64,000 nt of DNA from Callorhinchus milii (Eukaryota). Positions 13,451 to 26,695 of the stretch are shown here, piece after piece. The translations under genes were made by a program, and so were the position numbers. The stretch lies in the NCBI RefSeq assembly GCF_018977255.1, contig NW_024704743.1, forward strand, positions 90,832,001 to 90,896,000, read 5' to 3'. The notes under the pieces were generated by a model. That model made no database searches. It was given only the letters and a program-made list of their open reading frames with translations, and was not told the DNA's origin. The stretch's first letter is position 1; every line of letters begins with the position of its first letter.

Positions 13451-16400
13451 ACCTCTTACAGTCTGGGCTAAATCTGAATTTATAGCCCAGAGATATAAAT
13501 ACAACTCCTTTGCACTGCAAAGCCTCACAAATTTAAGAAAGTCTCACTCTGGGCTAGATTGAAAGACTGGTTTAAGTTTTCTTCCTTTGTTCCTGCTGAA
13601 GTTCCAAACTGGAATTGATCTTATCAGGAATACTGCAGATTCTGTTGATTAAGTTCAAAGGACCAGATGCAAATTCTTGGTTTATATTTTGCACATACTG
13701 TATCACTTCCACCCCAGTCTACCCCAGCCGAGTAGACAAATTCTTGCAAAAAGCCTGAAGGAAAATATTTGAAGATTTTTTTGGCACCTATTTTATCTTA
13801 TCGTCCACAAAACACAGTCACTACTCTTTACAGTGATATCATTATGTGAATCACTTTGGGATGCTCTCTTGACATGAAAGACGCTGCCCTAAATGAGGAT
13901 TATTTAATATTATTTTGGTGCTGCTTTTGGGTAAGCATCAAAGGAATACTGAGTTATCCACACAAGTGCAGTTCTGCAAACACTTCTATTTGCACACTGT
14001 GGAAGACAACAACCTTTTTTTGAGTTTGTACACATTTGATCAAACAGGGGAAAAAATGCAAAAAAATTCAGAAAATTTCCCGCCAATCGGATCAAAAACA
14101 AAAGAAATCCCATTTCCCATTGTGCTGAACCTGAAAGAGGCTTAGATTGGAGGGAGGTGTGCTTTTTTTAAAAAAATGTTCTTTCAAAGTGGATTACATT
14201 TTTCATTATCTGGAATGTCTAGCAAGATGTACGTTGCATAGTTTACATAGCTGAAATGATTGAGATGTCATATTCTGAAATATGTTCACTGTGATTAATA
14301 TTCTCATTAATCTGCTTTCCATAAACTCAGAGCCACATATGGGGAAATGAGATATGACAAAACTAGAGAGATTAGCAAAGACTTCAACCTGCACGATTAG
14401 GTTTGTAGAGAGGTTGCTGACTGGAACATTCTTAGATTTTCCTCAACCTCTCTGCAAAACAAGGAAAATAATTACGGCCAGGACTAACACCTGGCAGAGA
14501 TTCAAACATACTGCTGATCTTGAAATTTCTTCATCCTACTGCTCATAGTTAACCCAAGATGAATGGCAACCCTCAACAATTAACAGGAATACAGCATATT
14601 CACGAGCAACATTTCAAAACCTTACATTTTAATAACCAAGAAATTAACGAGTACTGAATTTCATTTGCACTTGAATAAAAAAGGTTCTGCTCTGATGAGA
14701 GAGGCGCGAACACACACACACACACAGAGGGCGGGAGGAAGAGAAGGTCAGAGGTAAACAGAGTGGGAGGGACTACTGATAATGTCAGTAGGAGAGGACG
14801 AAATTTGAAAATTACAAGAAAAAGTGAGGTGAGAAGAATAACTTTACACAGAGGGTTTCCCACACAGAGCCGTTGATGAGTCCATCGTTGTTAATGATCA
14901 GTTTGAATACCTTTAGATAATGCAAACTTAATGGTCTCACTTAGTTAAGCTAGAAGCAAGGGATCAAATTCAGTTAGTGGTGCATTTTAAGAGCTCGAAA
15001 GTTGTGAGAAATCAGGCTGAAACACCGTATCCAAGTAACAGCTTTGCATGTCTAGCACCTTCACAATGCATCACACAGTCAAAATTAATCACACATTTAT
15101 GAATCAACGAATCAATTTCACAATGTTCACCTTACTTATAGGCTATATCAATAACCTCACAATTTCACTGAGGGTGCTATCCCACCTTCAAAGCTAGGAA
15201 TGAAAATATTCATGGGCATAGGCGTTTATTTGAATCACATCCTCTTTTGACAGTTAACCGATTAGTCATGCATCGCTGGAAATTCGAAGCTGCTGGCACT
15301 TAACATAATCAAAATAATTTATTCGGTTATGTTTCTAATCATACATTTTCAATTGAACATTTCTCTGACCGGCCAGAAAGTACTCTCACCCTGCCAACGC
15401 CACAAGCCAATTTTAACAGTTCCAAAGCAAAGTCAGAACTATTATATAATAGGACAACAAAAAGGAACAGGGCCTCCTGACCACAGCAAACAAGTACAAG
15501 ACAAAGCATTAAAGTAGAACCCATTCAGCCATCCGATGGCTCGTTGCAGAACAATTAGAACACAACGATTCACACAACATCAGTCACAGCTGTAGTTCAG
15601 ATCACATCCCCGGTCTCCCAGGACACTTGACATTTGGATCAGCTCAGCTCACAAAAAGTGCATGGCTTCAGTCAAGCACTGTTAAATATGTGGCATGATC
15701 AAAATACTTACTTTTTAAAAAACACAGACTGTTGCCCACAACTATCTTCCGTTACCCTGAGATTCAGGCATATCACTACCAACTGTGAACATTTCATTTT
15801 GATGAGAATTGTGCATTTCAATTTGAGTTGGGTTATTCAAATCAACTGTGAACCTGCCAATGGTAAACACCAGTTACGCTCTCTGACACCTTTTAAGATG
15901 ATTCCTTAGAATTTCACTTTTAAAAAGGTGACTGTTGATAATGTAAATGGAATTATATTATTTTATAATAATATAAATTATAATAATATAAATGGAATTA
16001 TATTATATTGCACTGCATGCACCTACAAAATATAGTCACTAAATTTTGCAGTAAAGCGTGTGAAGCGCTTTTAAACTTCCTCTTAACAATGCTTCATCAA
16101 ATGAATGGTTTTTTTATTATAATAAATTTTGCTAAAATGTAATATTTGAGTTATATATTGTATGACATGAAACCACTTGGCCAAAACATTAAAAAAAGAA
16201 GCAACTAGATTTCAACAATCAGCATATTTTGTGCATTAGGTTAATTCTCTAATATGGGAAAAAGGCCTCACAAATCTGGCCCTCATGGCTGCTCGGAGCA
16301 CTAATGGCTTGTTCAAACTGGGCTTTAGATCAAGAGATTATTGCATGACAGAGATCCAGAAAGTGAGACTCAGTCCATTTCCAGGCAGCCTTTGTGCTCA

Positions 16401-19258
16401 ACAGAGAAACCCTTCAATTTTTGCTTCCTTAGGCTGATCCTCAGGCTGACACTCCACCCCTTTCCAGTTGGTATTCTATCCCTTAGGGGCTGCAGGCCTA
16501 CCTTGTTTAAAATCAGCACTATCTCAAATGTTGAGGGCTATTACTGCAGCCTTGATATTGAATTGCTGTAACCACCACCATTACATGTCCATTTTGCCTG
16601 GACCGCATTTGAAACCAGAACTTGGAGATGAAAAGAACAATGCTGTTCAAAGTGCCACCCAAACCATAACAAAATGCAGGCTTAAAACACCCAACCGTTC
16701 TGGTGTCCCCACAACTGAGACCACCTGCATTGTTATTTAAAGACTCATCCAAATTGTACTTCAGGATTCAGTTACAAATAATGGTCTTGTTTTTTTTCTT
16801 CTGTCAAGAGCTACAGAGCACAGCTCTTGTAAATTTGTTGGGGGGGGGGGGGGAGAAGATGACAAAAGCCAGGTTTTGTGCATTACAGAGATTTATGTGA
16901 TCAATAAGCTTGATCTATTGGTTGGAACCAGTGACTGTATTGTTATTTTACGTCCAATACTTTCCTTCAATTCTGCAAAATGAAGCAATCGCTGAGGGAG
17001 CGATCAAAGGAGCAAACACGAGTAGAAGGATAAAGAAAACTAGTTAAAAACAAACTTGTGAAACCTTGCAAAGAGATTGCATTTCTATATGGAACAGCTG
17101 CCACCCCTCCATGGCTTTGCTGGTAAAGCCACTGCCTAACATGACCCACACCGATTGGAAAATCCAAAGGTTTGATTTCTAGTCTATGCTGTTAGTATAT
17201 TAGGTTATTGTAGCATGAGTATCCATGTGAAGAATTCAGAAAGGGTTCATGATTATCCAGTAAATCCCCCTCCACCTCCCGCTTTAAATTACACATATGA
17301 TTGACAGATCAGGTGAGGACTGGATCATTTGTGGACCTACTTACATAGGTTGCCCAAACTCACTATCTTCCTGCCTCATGCATGAAGAACCTTTTTATGG
17401 TCAAATTCCTTCATTGGTTAAACAGAGGTTTAACTACAAACCAAAGGTGAGGGTGAACAAGTCCAGGAATCAGCAGCTCCAAAAAAGGAGAGCTGACACA
17501 AACATAATATTGGGGGAGGCAGAGATGGAGAAATATATCAATAGCCAGCACTCACAAATCCTTTTGTTCATACATAAATCATCCAATAAGGATACATGAA
17601 GGCTGGGTACAGTGTTGTTACTTTTCACATCAACCAAAGTCTTCCCTTCCCATTAAAGCAGGTAACTCAACAGGTAATGTTACAAAATACCTTTTTTTAA
17701 ATATCACATTTAAAGAAAAATGTATTTTTATAAAATCTTCCATAATTCTCTACTAACTCAGATGGCACTCAGATGGTACCCTCCGGCCAGCTTGTCAAAA
17801 CACAGCAGCCCAATCGTTTTTTAATTAACAGCTGTTCAAACAATGTGACTTTCTAAATACAAGTAAATGTGGACTCAGAGGCAACTATTTTTTCAGCCAG
17901 CCACTAAAGTCTGGCTACTCCATTGCTGAAGTAATATTCAGTTAGAAAATCACCTCCAACATTTTCTTGCATCTCCATTGTACTTCCATGTTAATGTACT
18001 GCTTTGATTTTTTAGATATAAAAAAAATTCAAATGTTGAACAAGATAGGACTACATTTGCATTATTTTTGCAAAGATCTAATTTCCCTTAGTTAGTTGAT
18101 CTCAGAGGGACAGTGGGGGGCTCAAGTGCCTCCAGGTTATGTTTAAGAAAATCAGCTGCTGTTCCTATTCCTGATTGAAATCCAGAGATCTCTACTGGAA
18201 GGTACACGTGTGAATGTCACACTCAAAAATCACACTGGTATCAAAGCGTGCCTCGCAACATTATTGGTCTCTTTTGCAATGCCTCCTGCGGTCAAATAAC
18301 CTGGCTACAATGACCATCAAGAAGAGGCCACTATTCAATGTTTATTAGAGCAGCGTCAAGTGCTTTGAGACGTCCTCCCGAAGTGAAAGGCTCTACGTAA
18401 ATGTAAATTGTATTGCATTTCCATGGAACTGCAACACAGTAGCAGGAAAAAATAAATCAAGTACATTCCTGGGGAAGGAAGAGGAATAGTAAATTGGATA
18501 AAAAGAAGGAAAAGAATGGAAAGCAAAAACAAAAGTACTCGCCATTGAAAACTCAAACTTGAAAGAGACTCACTCTTCACCAGGCAATCCTCGTAACAGT
18601 TTTCCAGAACTAACAGAAGGTGATTCTGCTGCCAGAAATACATAGGGAGCACAACACACAGCACATGGAAAAAAGTGTTGACATTCTATAAATATTCAAA
18701 TGTGAAAGGATATTCTCACACAGTTGCATTGAACTCAATGGACCAGATGAAAACGTTAGTAATTTAACACCCCATCTTGAGTAGGTAAAGCTGCCGATCA
18801 TATGCAATGAAATACATAAGCCCAGTGACACCATCTGTTAGTTCACCAGCACACTATACCACTGAGAACTGGAACACAGGTTCACGCCTGCTATTTTTCA
18901 CCTCCTCAGTTCTCTACCTCAGCTGTGCTTGACTGGCAAGGGTCGGGTGAGAGAGAGAGATAGTGGAAAGGGTGAAAGCAATGAGGCATTTGTTCATAGG
19001 AAGGAAAAATCAAAATAAATCCAACACTCGACACCAGACAGAGTGACAGAAAAAGGTCAGCTGCCTATGTTTGCTTGAGGCATGCAATATAGCAACCCGG
19101 ACAGTGTGTAGAGGAAGCTAAATGCACCTCTTTTACCAGGTTACTGTGATGAACTGGAACTTTTGTTAGTGAACATCTATCATTATGGGCTTTAATCCTC
19201 AGATGGCAGTTCCTTCTTTGGAAAATTGCATCTTTAACAAATGAGAGTGAGAGATAGA

Positions 19259-20450
19259 AACAACAAGGTTACATTTGTATAGCGCCTTTCACGTCGGGAG
19301 GACGTCCCAAGGCACTGGACAGTGTACAGCATTTCAGACCCGAGCTGGGGTCAGGGGGTGAGGAGAAGGGGGGTGACCGATGGCATGGTCGAAGAGGAGG
19401 GTTTTGAGGCGGGACTTGAATAAGGCTAAGGAGGGGGCGAGGCGGAGTGACTGGGGGATGGAATTCCAGAAGTTGGGGGCAGAGTGGTTGAAGGCCCTCA
19501 CGCCAATGATGGGGTGGGGGGTCAGGGAGCAGGTTGGAGCCGGCTGAGCGGAGGCATCGGGCGGGTTGGTAGGGGGTTAGGAGGTCACAGAAATAGGGTG
19601 GGGCGAGGCCATGGAGGGCTTTGTAGGTGAGGACCAGGATCTTGAACTGGATCCTCTGAAGGATAGGGAGCCAATGGAGTCAGGTGAGAATGGGGGAGAT
19701 GGGGGTCACGGAGTTTGGTGCGGGAGAGGACACGGGCTGCAGAGCTCTGGATTATCTGCAGCCTGTGGAGGGAGGAGTTGGGAAGGCCGACAAGCAGGGA
19801 GGGCGTTTGCATAGTTGAGCCTGGAGGTGATGAAGGCATGAACAAGAGTTTCAGTGACCTGAGGGGTGAGGTAGCGGTAGAGTCGTGCGATGTTACGGAG
19901 GTGAAGGAAGGCAGAGTGGATCATGGCTTGGATGTGGGGAAGAAAAGACAGTTGAGGGTCGAACAAGACACCTAGGTTCCTGACTGGCTTGGTGAGTTGT
20001 AGTGTGCAACCATGGAGGTTGATGTTGCCAGAGCCTGAGATGCTGAGGTGCTGGCGCGAGACAATTAGGAGGGCCTCAGTCTTGTTCACATTCAACTGTA
20101 GGAAATTTGCCCTCATCCAGGACTTGATGTCCTACGGCAGTCTGTCAGGACAGCAGTGGTCCTGGAGTTGAGGGTGGAGGCAGAAAGATAAGAGTTGGGT
20201 GTCATCCGTACACATATGGAAGTTGACCCCATGTCTGCGGATGATGTCACCGAGGGGGAGCATATAGATATTAAAGAGGACAAGGCCAAGGACACAGCCC
20301 TGGGGGACCCCAGACGTGACAGTGTGGGGACTGGAGGAGAAATCGTGAAGAGGCAACAAAATGGAGATGGTGAGAGAGATAAGAATTGAACCAGGCAAGG
20401 GCAGGTCCGCAAATATTAAGTAAAGAGGAGAGGCGGTGTATGAGGCGATG
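19259..20450 (-). mobile_element. L2-clade LINE, 5'-truncated
   Basis: [69 protein letters not shown]; complete 3' end. Confidence 0.95.
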
Positions 20451-20934
20451 TACAAAGAAAGAAAAAAGACAATGAGAGATACAAAATCAGTTTAGTTTGG
20501 AATCTGTTTAAGCATGAAAAGATATTCCCGGATAGGTTCTCCTGTAGTTAAAATGTTTCCTTACCACGCAATGATGCCTTTTAATCTTCATGGCATACCC
20601 TGGATGCTCCTGTTCTCCCCCTCTAATCAGGTAGTTCATTGTCTTTTATATTAAATTCTCAAATTGATGTGATGGGACCAGCAAACCCCTGCAGAGCAAG
20701 CTCCTGCTCTCAACCTTGTTGCCATGGGGAGACACAAAGCAAAGGTACTTTTCTTTTCTATGGGGGAAGGAGGAGCAAGAGAATCGTGATGGGCTGTACT
20801 CACTTAAATCCCAAGGGCCAGCAGCAACTTGCTGCTGTAAGGAATCAAGGGAGCAGATTTCCTGTCTTGTCAAGGAGGTGCAAGGATAAACAAAAGGTGG
20901 CAAACACACAAAACCCTTTTAAGCACTTAATATT

Positions 20935-21270
20935 TCTGAGCGACCATCCTCTCCTGCACCAGGATCTGCGAGCCTATTACCCCCACCCTCGCTCAATCCA
21001 GTGGCTCCCCATCTCCCAGCGGATCAAATCTAAATTCCTCATCCCCATTTTTAAATCTTTCCACTTTCTCATTCCACTACTGCAACCTCATGCAATCCTA
21101 ATAATCTAACTCCACTCTCCACTCAGTGAACACAGTCCTGCTTTATGTCCCCTGCTATCAGCAGGCGAGCTTTGAGCCATTCTGCCCTCGCTATCTGGAA
21201 CTCTATCCTGGAGTCCCTCCATCTTGCCTCTCTCTTCCCACTTTTAAAGCCAACCTTATGTATCGGCTTT
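20935..21270 (+). mobile_element. Old L2 3' fragment
   Basis: QWLPISQRIKSKFLIPIFKS resembles the L2 motif HWLP..RI.FKIL. Confidence 0.65.
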
Positions 21271-21504
21271 CACGAGGGGTTACGTCAAGAGTGTTGTACA
21301 AAGATGGGGACCTGAGCAAGGGGAGGGGGGAGGTGGCAAAATGTGCAAAGCAACAGGTTAAGACAAATCCTAAACACAGATAGAGAAGGCGGTTCCTGTA
21401 GAATCTGAAAGCTCGACCAACGATGGTGGGCGGGAGAGAGAGAGCAGACATGCAGCAAGCCCAACTTTGCTCAGGAGAGGAGGCACACAGAGGAATGGAG
21501 CAGA

Positions 21505-22340
21505 ACAACAACAAAATTACATTTGTGTAGCGCCTTTCATGTCAGGAGGACGTCCCAAGGCTGGACAATCACGTGGAGTCCTGTAGCTCAGTGGTTAGAG
21601 CACTCGCTTTGCAAGTGAGAGACCTGAGTTCAATTCCAGGCAGAGGGCGAAACCTTGGGCAAGTTTCCTTACTCCACACAGAGCCTAATAATAATCCCTC
21701 CAAAACCAAAAACAATAATAAATTGGTCATTTTCAATCTATGACTGTTTGTGGGACACTGCTGTGCGCAATTGGCTGCCGCGTTCACCCACAAATATATA
21801 GTCAATTCACTTTACAATGTGTTCTGTGAAGCGCTTTGGGACGTCCTCCCGACGTGACAAGTGCTACATCAAATGCAAGGATTATTATTATTATGTTTCG
21901 GACCCGAGCTGGCAGTCGAGATCGGGGAGGGTGGAGGTCGGGTGGGGGGGGGGGGAGGAGAGTGACCGAAGGCACTGTCAAAGAGGAGGGTCTTGAGACA
22001 GGTCTTAAAGAAGTCAAGAGAGGGGTCCAGGCAGTAGAAGACCAGAGACGTGGAAGCACTGGGGTGAGAAACGATTTATAGGTGAGGATCTTCAAACAAA
22101 AACAATCCAGGGAGCCAGTTGAAGGCTGTGATGGGAGTGCAGAGATTTCAGGCGGCGGAGTTTTGGATGAATTAGGAGCTCACGGATTGTGGAGTTAGGA
22201 GGACCAGTGAGCCAGGCAATAGAAAACTCTAAGGTGTCATTACGTCTTTCAGCAGCATTTGGTGTGAGATAGAGGTGAGCAATGTGGTGGAGGTGAAGGA
22301 AAGCAGCCTTGGTCAGGAACTGGATGTGAAGGAGAAAGGA
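21505..22340 (-). mobile_element. L2 3' end(s) with internal deletions, interrupted by the SINE at 21573
   Basis: Tail AACAACAACAAAATTACATTTG..GGAGGACGTCCCAAGG; the L2 resumes at GACCCGAGCTGG after the SINE. Confidence 0.8.
21573..21894 (+). mobile_element. Family A SINE, full length, nested in an L2 3' UTR
   Basis: GTGGAGTCCTGTAGCTCAGTGG head through to (ATT)n; L2 sequence on both sides. Confidence 0.93.
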
Positions 22341-23601
22341 GAGTTGAGGATTGAACCACCTCCAACCTAAATCAGTCTATTCTTGTGTACTTCTGTTATA
22401 ATGTCATAAATTACCACTTAACTAAGCCAATACATACATTGCACTCTTAATAGCCCTGAAATATCCCACTTTAAAAATAATCTCAAAAATGAGCCTTTGA
22501 ACCACAGTATACTTTGTGTTCTTCCCATAAAATCTGACAAGTAATTAAAAAAGATGCACTTAATACATTAGATTAACAAGGGTGACTTTCTTTTGTTTGA
22601 AAAATGTGTGCATGATGTTCACCACACAGATCAGATGTGGCCAGTAAGAGGACTAAAGCCCTTATTCTCTTGAAGCAGAAAAGTGAAGAGATAAAACTGA
22701 ATCGGCCTTTCCTTTCTCTGGCTTATTAAAATGTGCCCAGGGGCCTCGTAAACTTTGATGCCTTTGGTGGTTAGCACACCATAATTACCACAATGTGAAT
22801 TTAAGCACACAACAGATCGAGGGCAGAATTGAAATGCATTGTTCAGAATGACAAGATTTACACACAAGTCTCGACCAAAGCATTGTAGTTCGTAACAAAT
22901 AAACAATTTGACAAAATTCAACAATCTACACACGCCCGCAGAAGCGTTCACAGCTGAAAAATCCAAACTGGTTCTGTACTGCACGGTGGTGTCACGATTG
23001 AAGCCAGCTGTAAAGATAAAGAATCACAACTGTGTGTCGATAATTCTATATTGCCTTTCAAAAGAAGCCCTAAAAGACTTCCTTTCACAGGAAACGGCGA
23101 TCATTTCAGGAAACGCATATCGATTGCACAATCACGAGCCACGTTCTGAAACACCAGCTGGTGCTCTTGACAACATGAACAGCACATCACCCAGTAACCA
23201 CCATCAGTGCTAGTGAGGCTGGATCAGTAGAATTATTAAAAATGGGATTTAATAATAAAGGATGGTTTGGAAAACAATAACCGCAGCACAGACATGATGG
23301 ATGGCCTTCTTCTGTACAGGTATTTTTTCTATCTAAGCACTTTTAAAGTTATTCTCAGTCAAAATCCAGACACTTTATAAAAATTTGTATTAACCAAAGC
23401 ATCAAACTCCTGCTAAACTTTTTTCCATGCAATGTCTCAATACCCCCCCACCCCACCCACGACTTCCAAAGTAAGGCCACCAGAGATGGCAATGTCAAAA
23501 AGTACAAGCTATATAATCAACTAATAATTGTCCTTGAGGTACAGATCATCCATAATCTAATAGAATGGCGGAACAGGCTCGAGGGGTTGAATGACCTGTT
23601 C

Positions 23602-24170
23602 CTGTCACCACTCGACTGGACTACTGTAATGCCCTCCTCCCTGGTTAATAATAGTAATATAATTTCTCTCCCTCCACTATTCACAGAATCCAGCTCATTC
23701 AAAACTCTGCCGCCCGCATTCTCACCCGCACCAAACTTGGTACCCCGGTTACTCCAGTCCTTGCCAAACTCCACTGGCTCCCTGTCAGAGCAGATTGACT
23801 TCAAGATCCTCACTCTAGTGTTTGAACCCTCCATTCCTTGGCAACCCCTATCTCTCTAACCTCCTCTCTCCCCACAGCAGTACCCACTGCCTCCGCTTTA
23901 CTGGGTCTGGCCTCCTCCGCTGCTCCCGAATCCTCCGCTCCACCATCAGCAGCAGCGCCTTCAGCCACTATGCCCTGAAACTTTGGAACTCCCTCCCTCA
24001 CCCCTTCATCTCGCCCCCTCCCTCCCCATCTTCAAGTCGCGCCTGAAGACCTTCCTTTTTGACTGCGTCTACGGTCACCTTCGGCCTTTGGGCTCCACCA
24101 ATTTAAGCTCTGAGATGCCGCCCGGAATGGAGGGCGCTATGTAAGTAGTAAGTGCAAGTTGTTGTTGTTC
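23602..24170 (+). mobile_element. L2 3' fragment, different subfamily
   Basis: RLDYCNALL / HWLP / IDFKILTLVF-like coding remnants; ends GGCGCTATGTAAG..CAAGTTGTTGTTG. Confidence 0.85.
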
Positions 24171-25344
24171 CTATATAACTTAGAATTGGGGGAAGGAAGC
24201 ACAAAAATGCATTTAAAGAGGATATTAAGAAAAATAACTACAAGTCTAAACTGGAAACAGAAATAGTGGAAATTCACAGAAGAGATAAGAGTCCCCAATA
24301 TCAGGTCACAGAAAATATCTACCACTTTTTTCTTTTGGATGCTGATTGACCTCCTGCACATTTCCATTATTTCTGCTTTTATTCTGAGGGTGTATGAAGG
24401 ACCGGGTCTGTCTGGCAGAGTCTGAAAGAACATGTCAACAACCTGGAATTGTGGAAATTACAGAAAGGAATAGCTATTTGGTCCATTGAACCTAAACTGG
24501 TGACTACTCCAATCCAAAATCCTTGCTCTTTTTCATTTCCTGTATCCCTTCATAATCTTCTTCAAATACTTATCCAGTTCCCTTTCCAATGTTGTTACGA
24601 TCAAACCTTTGTATATTAAATGATCTGTACAAGTTCATCACATTCTTTTGGCGATTTTCCCAATGGAGTTCATATTATTGGTTACTGCCACTAACAGTTC
24701 CAATTATAGCAGAGCTCTTTGTGCTCTACCTTCATGTTATGTGATGGGTGAAAGACTTTAAAACAGATTTGCATCAGATAGATTCCTAGAGATGTGGTAG
24801 TGTTCACTGAATATTAAATTCAATTTCTCACACAAATTAGATTTATTTTCAAATAAAAATATTTTGTTCTGTATCTGTATGTTTTGACCTGTTAGATGTT
24901 TAGACAGTGCCAGTGTTAATTGGTGGTGATACAAAGCATCAACGAAGGCTCTGTTGTGATGCCTCAATGGGTAAGTTTGCTGTTGATGTAGCAATCACAG
25001 ATCAGGAAGCTCTCAGGTTTAATCCCTAGTCTCTACTATTCTATATGATTCCATGAACTGTGCTTTGTTTTCAAGAGTAGTAGAACTATTTTTTGATTTC
25101 AGGTCATTTTGTTTTTGAGTCCCACTTTTTCACTGAACCATGTTTCAGTTCATACAGAGCATGATATGTCTGCCTCTGTGGTGTGATAGTTCTTTGTGAT
25201 TAACTATCACAGTGATATCTCTTGAGCAGCATCTTGTATTCAGAAACAAATCTACTCTGCGATGCAATGTTCTCTCCGAAAACAAAACAAGTAACTCAGA
25301 TGATGCCATTCCCCCCTCCTGCTCATGTAAGAAATAAGCAGCTT

Positions 25345-25690
25345 GATGGTGGTGTGGACAGTTTCATCAAGGATCAAAAGCTTCCTGGTTCAAAGCTATC
25401 CATGCTGAGTTTGGTGGTCTCAGCTGTGGTTCGACAGGGGACTAAATTGACGCAGCATCAGAGGTGGGTGGGAGAATCAGCCAGATTTCTTGCTCCTGGC
25501 CCATCCACAGCACTTGCAACTGGTTATACTCATGAGTGGCAGTCAGGAGGGGAAGTGGTCATGGTCAGCAGTTATACTCTTTACAGTTGAGTGGCCTCCC
25601 AATAATCAATGTCAAGCTCATACGTGTACAATGGCCACTTGGGTGGGGTTTTGGAAGGCAACAAATGCCCATGGAACTGTACCTAGCAAG
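25345..25690 (+). mobile_element. Ancient SINE-like repeat (family B), unclassified
   Basis: Shares blocks (TGCTGAGTT..TCTCAGC, AATCAGCCAG..TCCTG, AATGGCCACTTGGG..GGAACTGTACC) with several other degenerate copies in the window. Confidence 0.5.
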
Positions 25691-25912
25691 AAGTGGCCAG
25701 ATAGGCATAGGCCAGTTGAAAGAAAAAAGCAATAATTCAACAGTAAATTTATATTTTAAAAAAACATGGCCAACCCAGCCATAACTTGATAAATCTCGTA
25801 CGACATCTGATCAACTAACTCACAGTGAAAGTTCACTATCAAGATGAAACTGTCTGAGGAATGTTGATGTTATACATTGTGGCTGGCTGGGTGTCCACAC
25901 ATAAGTCTTTTC

Positions 25913-26209
25913 ATAATAATAATAATCTTTGCATTTGATATAGCACTTTTCACGTCGGGAGGACGTCCCAAAGCGCTTCACAGAACACACTGTAAAGTGA
26001 ATTGACTGTATATTTGTGGGCGAACGCGGCAGCCAATTGCGCACAGCAATGTCCCACAAACAGTCGTAGATTGAAAATGACTAATTTATTATTGGTTTTG
26101 GTGGGATTATTATTAGGCTCTGTGTGGAGTAAGTAAACTTGCCCAAGGTTTCGCCCTGCCTGGAATTGACCTCAGGTCTCTCGCTTGCAAAGCGAGTGCT
26201 CTAACCACT
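25913..26209 (-). mobile_element. Family A SINE lacking the first ~18 nt
   Basis: Near-identical reverse complement of the other copies. Confidence 0.92.
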
Positions 26210-26695
26210 TGTAATAATAATCCTTGTAATAAGGTTTTCTATTCAATAAAATTTACTTCTGAATTACATTTTTGTAGCTTTCATTGCTAAAGGGAATTTT
26301 GAAGCTGTTTTCTGATGCCACTTTGAGTCTGGACTGTTGTACCAATGGAAATGTAATCTGTCTCTGCTGATATTTCCTTGGCAAATGTTAAAAATCAAAT
26401 TATTGGAAGCTGAACTTAGTTACTACAAAGGCTCACAATAATTACATTTTCAAACCATCTAGATTTCAAATGACAAAGAAGCACAAACCATATCTGGGCA
26501 ACTACTTTCTATTTCAGAACGACGTCTAACAAGACATCAACTGGAGGATGAACTTTCGTGAACGGGTTAGTCTCCATGGCTCACTCCACCAATGGCCAAA
26601 GGTAAAGGAGTAAACCTCCGCCCCCATATAACAACTGGCCATATAGATTATAGGTTCAAAATCGCTGGTCTGGCATGTTCTAACTTAACTGATTT

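Noticed and set aside
12907..13452. 181-aa Leu/Ser-rich, membrane-like ORF
   Set aside because: Translation of a CT-rich low-complexity tract.
13490..13560. Possible exon 2 (GAGGCTTTGCAG = EALQ on the minus strand)
   Set aside because: In-frame stop just upstream, no PRGRRLGSF motif and no GT donor after CAG.
19706..20455. Active LINE ORF2
   Set aside because: 5'-truncated, frameshifted, and YADD is mutated to CTDD.
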